DNA from: Salisapilia sapeloensis CBS 127946
Lineage: Eukaryota > Protista > Oomycota
NCBI GenBank assembly: GCA_023334545.1
Contig: JAADVB010000026.1
Coordinates: 1 to 64,000, forward strand
Length of the DNA: 64,000 nucleotides
Reading direction: 5' to 3'
Below, piece after piece: positions 57,038 through 64,000 of the stretch (the first letter of the stretch is position 1; every line of letters starts with the position of its first letter). The translations under genes and the position numbers were made by a program. A model generated the notes under the pieces. The model was not told the DNA's origin, made no database searches, and saw only the letters and a list, made by a program, of their open reading frames with translations.

Positions 57038-58450
57038 TTACTTTTCTCCTTCCTCTTCCTCATACTCCGCCGTCTCAGACGGATACAAGACGAGTTCCTG
57101 GTCTTCCGGAAGAGGCTCAAAGAATCGCGTCACGTCCTCACGGCTGACTTGAGACAAGTCACTCTTGGCCCACTTGGGGTTCCTGTCCTTGTCAACAATG
57201 ACCGATCGCACACCTTCGAAAAAGTCCGGGTTGTGCATCATACGAGAGGCAATACGGAACTCCATTTGGAAGCACTCGGAGCACGACTTAGTCGCGCCTT
57301 GACGCATCTGTTCCAACGTCACCTTTAGACTCAACGGCGACATCTTCTGGAGTGTCTTGAGTGTGTGCGAAGCCCATTCGCCATCCAGTTTCTCAAGACG
57401 CTTGAAAATGCCTTCGACCGTGTCATCCTTGTTCTGAGCACCAAAGACAGATTCGACCGTCGACAGGAATTCATTGTCACCTTCCTGCGCAGCTTCATCC
57501 GTTTCAAGCTCCTCGAGCGCTTCGTGGATCATCTCGTCGCGCTCTTCCTGAGGCATGTCCTTCGGGAAGTCCATGCCGCTCAAGTGGTGCACCATCGTCT
57601 CGTATTCCGAAGCGTTTATGTAGTGCGTCGAGAGACCAAACGCCATGACTTCGTGTCCGCTCAGTCTGTCACCCGTCAACGCCAGGTACGTTCCCAACTA
57701 CACAGCATGTACGGTTACTTTTATACTCATGTACATTTTTATGTAGAAAACGTACGCCTTGGCCCTTGATAGCACGGGATTCTGGGACGTCCGCTTCGTA
57801 CTCCTCCATCTCATCGAGCTTACGGCCGAGGCGAGGGAGCAAGTAGGACGCACCGACGTCTGGGAAGAAACCGATGGCGGTCTCCGGCATCGCAAAGAGC
57901 GTCTTGTCAGTTGCTACGATAAACTTACCGTGCATCGAAAGACCGACGCCACCGCCCATCGTCACGCCGTTCAGGAACGAGATGATCGGCTGCTCCGTCG
58001 TCGCTAGCATGTAGTTCATGCGATATTCTTGACGGAAAAAGTCCACTGCCTAATACAGCAAAGCAACTTGATAAGCTAGAGAGAAAATATTCGATCCGTA
58101 TCTTTTCATACTTGTTCCCGAGTCGCATCATCTTTTCCGTAGTCATAGAGCGATCGAATGTCACCACCGGCACAGAACGCCTTACCACCCATACCGGAGA
58201 ACACGACAGAGCTGACCGTACTGTTCTTCTCGAACTTGCGCAGACGGTTCGTCAAGTGCTGCGTCATCGGAAGGTTGAGCGCGTTCAGCGCCTTCGTACG
58301 GTTAAATTGGACCGTACGGACATTAGCGTCTTGGCCGTAGATAATCTCAGAAAAGTTCGGGTCCATCGACGCCGTCGTGAAGTGGGCGGCATGCTGCGGT
58401 CGCACTGGGCGCTGCAGCAACCTCAATCGCATCGCCATCGTACGCTGCAT
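57038..58450 (-). CDS. HIBCH: 3-hydroxyisobutyryl-CoA hydrolase, mitochondrial, 3 exons
   Basis: [82 protein letters not shown]. Confidence 0.93.
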
Positions 58451-58573
58451 TTTCGATTTTCGATTCTGGTCGATGGCGTCAATTGATATAGTCTTTTCAA
58501 CCAATCCTATCATTTTATTTATATTTAAAACCAATCATCGACTGAAAGATGACTACAATTTGAACTACAAGGT
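58451..58573. promoter_or_regulatory. Putative bidirectional promoter with paired CCAAT boxes
   Basis: 123-bp AT-rich gap between divergent ATGs; CCAAT at 58501 and 58531. Confidence 0.4.
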
Positions 58574-58849
58574 ATGGAGGATATAGATGAGGAGCTCCCG
58601 CTACTTTTCTGCGAGACACTGCCGGCAGACTTCCAGAAAAATACACAGATAGCTGCTTTAGCGACGTTCATGGCAAGTGACGAAGAGGATGTAGATGAAG
58701 AGGCTTCGTCTGAGAGTTATGGGAAGAAGATGCGAGCGAAAAAGTCGCATCGATCACATCCGTATTCGAAACCACGCGCTAAAGCTACCAAGGAGAAGAA
58801 CGAGATAAAAGAGCTGCAATTGTATTTAAATATGTTTAACGTAGAATAA
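58574..58849 (+). CDS. Small 91-aa hypothetical protein
   Basis: True ATG start; acidic then basic tracts; divergent from HIBCH across a CCAAT-containing gap. Confidence 0.6.
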   Translation: MEDIDEELPLLFCETLPADFQKNTQIAALATFMASDEEDVDEEASSESYGKKMRAKKSHRSHPYSKPRAKATKEKNEIKELQLYLNMFNVE

Positions 58850-59149
58850 AATCACGAGCCATTGCACTACTAGTAGCGAAATGTGTTTTTTTCTTAATGA
58901 ATTCACCTATGTAGCAAGGGATGGATGGCACGATTCGTGTATGAACACAAGGTGCAATCCAACAGCATGCGGCTCTACATGACTGGCTTATCCTAGCATT
59001 TTGATCTAAAACAAATTAACAAAAAGGGCATTTAATTTTGCTGGCGTCGTCCTTGTGGCGAATGCTATGATGGAAAAATGCTTTCCAGGTATACAGGCAC
59101 TATGGCCGTGCTCGCTCTGAATACCGATTCGGTCTAATTGAGGATTCAA

Positions 59150-60120
59150 ATTTTGTAGAAGTATTTATGATAGTCGAACCGGACAATTCCATGTTCGTTG
59201 AGAATTGCCGATTCGGATGAATTACATGACGTTGCAATCCTTCATATGGTACCAATGTAACTTTCCCGCGAAACTAGGAGTACGAAAGCGAGTGATGAAT
59301 GGTGGCAATGGAGATACTGCCTTCTATTTGGTCTAACTTATCTGCTGTGCCCCATTCTTTGTTATAATTGAGGTTTCCATTGCCATGCTCACAGCAGCAT
59401 GATCTGTGTGGATATTGCAACATGCAGATGACGTTCCTGGGTTGATATAAGTCTGAATCAATATATATCTCGACATCATCCACCTTTTTCGTCGGCTTCA
59501 ATCAGGCCAATTCAAGAGGCATAATACCGATCACAGCTCGCATGGGCTCGTTCTCATAATGTCTATAACTCCTCGCATAATTGCTGATTACCCTTTTAAC
59601 GAACACGCCACTCCATGTTCTTGGTCTACCTCTTTCTTCGTCTTTGCTGAAATCAGGAAGAAACGATCTCTGAGAAGACTTTCAGACATTCCTGGTGCTC
59701 GTAATGTGCAGATTTGAAAAAGCGCGCGAAAGATCGGAGAGCTCTTCGCTTTACTTGCGCTATTGAGCTCTTCGCTATTATTTCGGAGCAGACTATGTAC
59801 AGTGGTGGATGAAATAGTTGGTCGATATTTGCGACTCACACTGTACCTGTCCCAATGAATTGGCGAAGAGCTCAGTGTTGCAAATAAATCAAATGACACT
59901 TCAACCTGAAGAGCTTCTGAGGATACGCTGGACGCCATTCCCCGCCAAAGTATGACAGAGGAACGGACGATACACGTGGATATGAATGGAAAAGCAGGAT
60001 GAACCTGCAAAAACTCAGTCATTGATTCCAATTATAATTTATCCATATTTAATCACACAATATCCGGAAATGCCTTGCTTAACACCCAACTATCTGCTAA
60101 ACGAACACGACCTCGACTTT
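59150..60120 (-). repeat. Decayed dispersed repeat or pseudogene, copy B
   Basis: Inverted homolog of 11660-12610. Retains a longer open stretch (59588-60031: WRGMASSVSSEALQVEVSFDLFATLSSSP...). Boundaries are approximate. Confidence 0.85.
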
Positions 60121-60352
60121 AATTTTCCTTTAATTTTGTCGTTCTTTACTATCATTCCTTCTAGGCATCCCTCCTTTTATTTAAAATATACATTCTTCTT
60201 GCCTCTGTCTAATTTCCACTCTCCACATACAAGAACACTTACACAGTATACAAATTGATGTGGAAGTTTTTATATTTCCACAAATACATGCAGTGATGAG
60301 TATCCGTAAGGTACCGAGACGGTATCGAAGGTCCCTCGAATTGTGCTTGAAC

Positions 60353-62000
60353 CTACAGCGGAATGTTGCCATGCTTCTTCCACGGGTTGCTCAACTCCTT
60401 CGTCTCTAGCACGTCCAAGTCCTCGCAAATGTGCAATCTCGTGTTCGTCGGCTCGATCACATCATCGACGAACCCACGCTGCGCAGCGACCATCGGCGTC
60501 GCGAACTTGCGTTCATAGTCCGCCGTATTCTCCTCGACATTCTTGCCTCGGAAAATGATCTCGACTGCTCCTTTAGCTCCCATGACAGCAATTTCAGCGG
60601 ACGGCCAAGCGTAGTTCACATCGCCACGAAGATGCTTGGAGCTCATCACGTCGTATGCACCTCCATATGCTTTACGAGTGATCACAGTGATCTTCGGTAC
60701 AGTAGCCTCGGCGTACGCGTACAGCAGCTTCGCACCATGGCGAATTATACCATTGTACTCTTGGTCTGTACCAGGCAGGAAGCCAGGGACGTCGACTAAC
60801 GTGACGATTGGGATGTTGAATGAGTCGCAGAATCGGACGAAGCGAGCAGCTTTCACGGATGCATCAATGTCGAGGCAGCCAGCAAGTTCCATCGGCTGAT
60901 TAGCAACGATACCGACGACGCGACCTTCAAAGCGTCCGTAGCCCACAATGATATTCTTCGCATAGTCCGGCATGATCTCGAAAAAGTCAAACGAGTCGAC
61001 GATCTGGTCGATGATGTCTCGCATGTTGTACGGAACGTTCGGATCCGGAGGAACGATGCTTTCCAACGCTGGAATCGGTCGGTTCCGATCATCATCCGAC
61101 TCGCGTCTCGGTGGTTTTTCTATCTTTACTTGAGTTTATTTCTACATGTATTAATATGCAAGACATACCCTTGTTGTTGAGAGGAATATAGTCGAAGAAG
61201 CGACGCATCTCTCGAATGGCTTCCACGTCATTATCAAAGGCGCAGTGGGCCACACCAGACGTCTTCGTATGTGTGGCAGCTCCTCCTAATTGCTCCTGAG
61301 TCACATCTTCATTCGTCACTGTCTTCACAACGTCCGGTCCAGTCACAAACATGTAGGACGAATCTCTCGACATGAAGATAAAGTCAGTCATGGCTGGCGA
61401 GTACACTGCTCCACCAGCACATGGACCCATGATCACAGACAATTGCGGAATCACACCCGATGCCAATACGTTCAATTGGAAGATATCAGCGTATCCAGCC
61501 AAGGATGCCACACCTTCTTGGATACGAGCCCCTCCAGAGTCGTTCAGACCGATGACAGGAGCGCCGACTTTCATGGCTGTCTCCATGATCTTGGCAATTT
61601 TTTCTGCATACGTCTCCGACAGACTTCCGCCAAAGACCGTAAAGTCTTGGCTAAAGACAAAGGTCAGTCGTCCGTTAATCAGTCCTCGACCCGTCACGAC
61701 GCCATCTCCAGGGTACTGTTCGTTCTCCATACCAAAGTCCGTGCATCGATGCGTCTTGAGCATATCATACTCTCGAAAAGATCCTTGATCCAGAAGCAAG
61801 TCAATTCGTTCACGTGCCGTTAACTTTCCTTTTTCATGCTGCTTCGCACGTCTCGCTTCTCCACCTCCGTCCAACGCTTGCAATCGAGCCTTGTCCAATT
61901 CTTCCCGAAATGCCATTTTCCGAGCAGCAGGCGTCAACACAGACGAGGCACTGAGATATCGGCGTCCATGACGAGCAAAGGTTGATGTTAAACGTAGCAT
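60353..62000 (-). CDS. PCCB: Propionyl-CoA carboxylase beta chain, mitochondrial, 2 exons
   Basis: [12 protein letters not shown] presequence; [68 protein letters not shown]. Confidence 0.96.
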
Positions 62001-62141
62001 CGTCTCCTGCAACGTTGCACTTGTACTTGGCAGGTTCAACGTCAGGAAAAGGAATGAGCCGTCGGCTAGGTTTAGAGTCGTCTGTGACGGTACCATATGC
62101 GTACAGTCGCGATCTTTCGAAGCGTCACTTGCACGTTGAAC

Positions 62142-64000
62142 ATGAAGGATTGGAGATCTCGAGGTCGAGTACTACTACTTCTAGCTACATGGAGCATTGT
62201 ACATGCACTTGAGGTAAACTGGCAACCTGTGCAGAGCCTGAGACCTTTTGATTTGAATGGGTATTACCCTTTACGAGGTGATTGGGCGGATTATGCTTCC
62301 GTTGATACGTGCGGTAGGCGATACGTGACTACTCGGTTTCTACCACCACAGACAAGAGAAGAGCAACGATTATCTGGAACGCTCTTGGAAGAAGTGAGTA
62401 GTATACATGTACCAGTTCCGACGGATGAACTGACTCGTCGGACTGTTGGTGCATGGATTTATCTGAGTGCAAAGCATGCGCAATATTCAGGGTATGGATT
62501 TTCATTGCGTAGAATGTAGATGTATCTTATCAGATTTATTGTGTATGTTTAGATGCATCTTATCCTATGGTTGGGGAAGTCTTTGCATTCGTCGTGACCA
62601 ATGGGAGCTTTCTGGGAAACTTGTGGACGAACTTGAGGTCACGTATGGACAATGGATGTTTGTTGCCGTCGTATATGGCAATGGAACTCTCGGAGAACAA
62701 ACGAAAATATTCATTAATGGAGAGATGCACATGCTGTCACATCTAAGCTCTCCAGGCCAAGATCTATCTGATCTAGTTATTGGTGCGGAGTCGGACACGA
62801 TCAAGAATGGGTTTCGAGGAAGGATAAAAGATCTTTTCCTTTACGATACCCAACTAAGTTCTGGTGAGCTACAATATCTCATGACAACCAAATTACCATC
62901 AGTAACAGCAAATATGATGGCCTTGGAGATGTCTCCACTAAGTGGGAGATCTTTCCTACTCTTGCCACTGCCAGATATGGACCAAGCTGCTCTTAAACTA
63001 AGTATGTGGGTAGCCTTGGATGCTTATCCAGCTGATCATACAGCGCTAGTAGAATACGTTGCACTAAGCAAGTCGAAAAGACTTTCGCTTTGGGCAGAGA
63101 TAGACAATTCCTCTGGATTATACCAGCTCAAGGCGACATTGCACACATACATACTTCAGAACGAAGACCGCGTATGGGAATTTCCACGCACTCAGATAAA
63201 AGGAAGACGCCAATGGCAGCATATTGCGATTGAGTGGAGTAACGATCAAGTAGTAGTCAACATCGATAGCAACGAGCCTGTACGTTTGTACACAAAAGAT
63301 CATATCAAACTCCCCACATAACACATATACGAGTAGGTTCTGATCCAAGACAGCAGCTTTAATTGGGCAGATGATGTACATGAAATTCGCATTGGCTCCG
63401 AGAGTGTGATCGATCACGACGGGACGGACTACACGCATATAAATGAAAAGCTGCTTTCCTTTGTAGGTCAGATTGCAAAGGTGAATCTGCTACTGAGCAA
63501 CAATGAACATGACCCTGTCCGTGGATACTGGAGCCTACGACATACTAACTCCCCGCTTGTATTCGAAAACGAATTGGCGATGCCGAACGTAGCACTCAAC
63601 CTCCAAGTCCGATTCATATCTTATCCATACAAGACATCGCTTGGGTCGCTCCTATTCAGTGAGGTATATTCCAATATGCCAAAAGACCCTATCGAATCGG
63701 ACTCCAGCGATGATAACTTTATCAGACTGCCAACCGTAAGGGAACTCGTCCCACGCGCCGGATTCAGCGCTGAGTCGTACAATGTTGCCGTCCATGGCGA
63801 TAATTTAGATGGACTGGTCTCGCCTTTCAGTAGAATCCTCTGTGCGTTCGGAGACCTTACGCAGACACCAGCTACAGTGCTTAACGATACGATCTTGGAA
63901 TGTACTATACCAGCGACAAAGGTCGAAAACACTGTACAGTCTTTAGACTTGTCACTTTCAACAGCAAATTTCCAAAAGATGCATACAACAATGACATTTA
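62142..64000 (+). CDS. Secreted or surface protein with LamG/ConA-like and IPT/TIG-like domains; runs off the window end
   Basis: Signal peptide ([13 protein letters not shown]); [32 protein letters not shown] LamG; after an intron near 63283-63336 the frame is open to the end with [26 protein letters not shown]. Confidence 0.7.

Noticed and set aside
1-64000. CRISPR arrays, rRNA/tRNA genes, intact transposases, RXLR/CRN effectors
   Set aside because: No repeat-spacer pattern, cloverleaf, DDE/RT motif, or RXLR-dEER/LFLAK motif was seen by eye; tRNAscan-SE and Infernal would be needed to exclude small RNAs.

Overview
This is a eukaryotic, gene-dense window with short GT-AG introns (about 40-80 nt). 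An oomycete (Pythium/Phytophthora-like stramenopile) is inferred from an LRR receptor kinase with a TKL kinase domain, a secreted GH3, PH-domain-rich proteins and the compact layout. About 26 protein-coding genes are supported, many in head-to-head or tail-to-tail pairs. Housekeeping and metabolic genes: RPC3, DNAJB13-like, ETFDH, GRIP golgin, mitochondrial MetRS, GFAT, aspartyl aminopeptidase, HIBCH and PCCB. Signalling and chromatin genes: an E(z)-type SET methyltransferase, a CNG-like channel, a cNMP-binding AGC kinase, an LRR-RLK and six PH-domain genes. Two gene-free gaps (about 10.9-13.3 kb and 58.9-60.3 kb) each hold a decayed copy of the same ~1 kb repeat in opposite orientation. Best leads: (1) the E(z) protein has Tyr at the Phe/Tyr switch (ELFYDY); (2) GFAT has its catalytic Cys buried behind a mitochondrial-type presequence; (3) a PKG-shaped kinase has cAMP-type binding cassettes; (4) a 42-nt block is perfectly conserved inside the decayed repeat; (5) several unusual domain architectures and a possible hidden micro-exon gene. 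No rRNA, tRNA, CRISPR array or intact transposase was recognised. All family calls come from motifs read by eye, not database searches, and exon boundaries were inferred manually.
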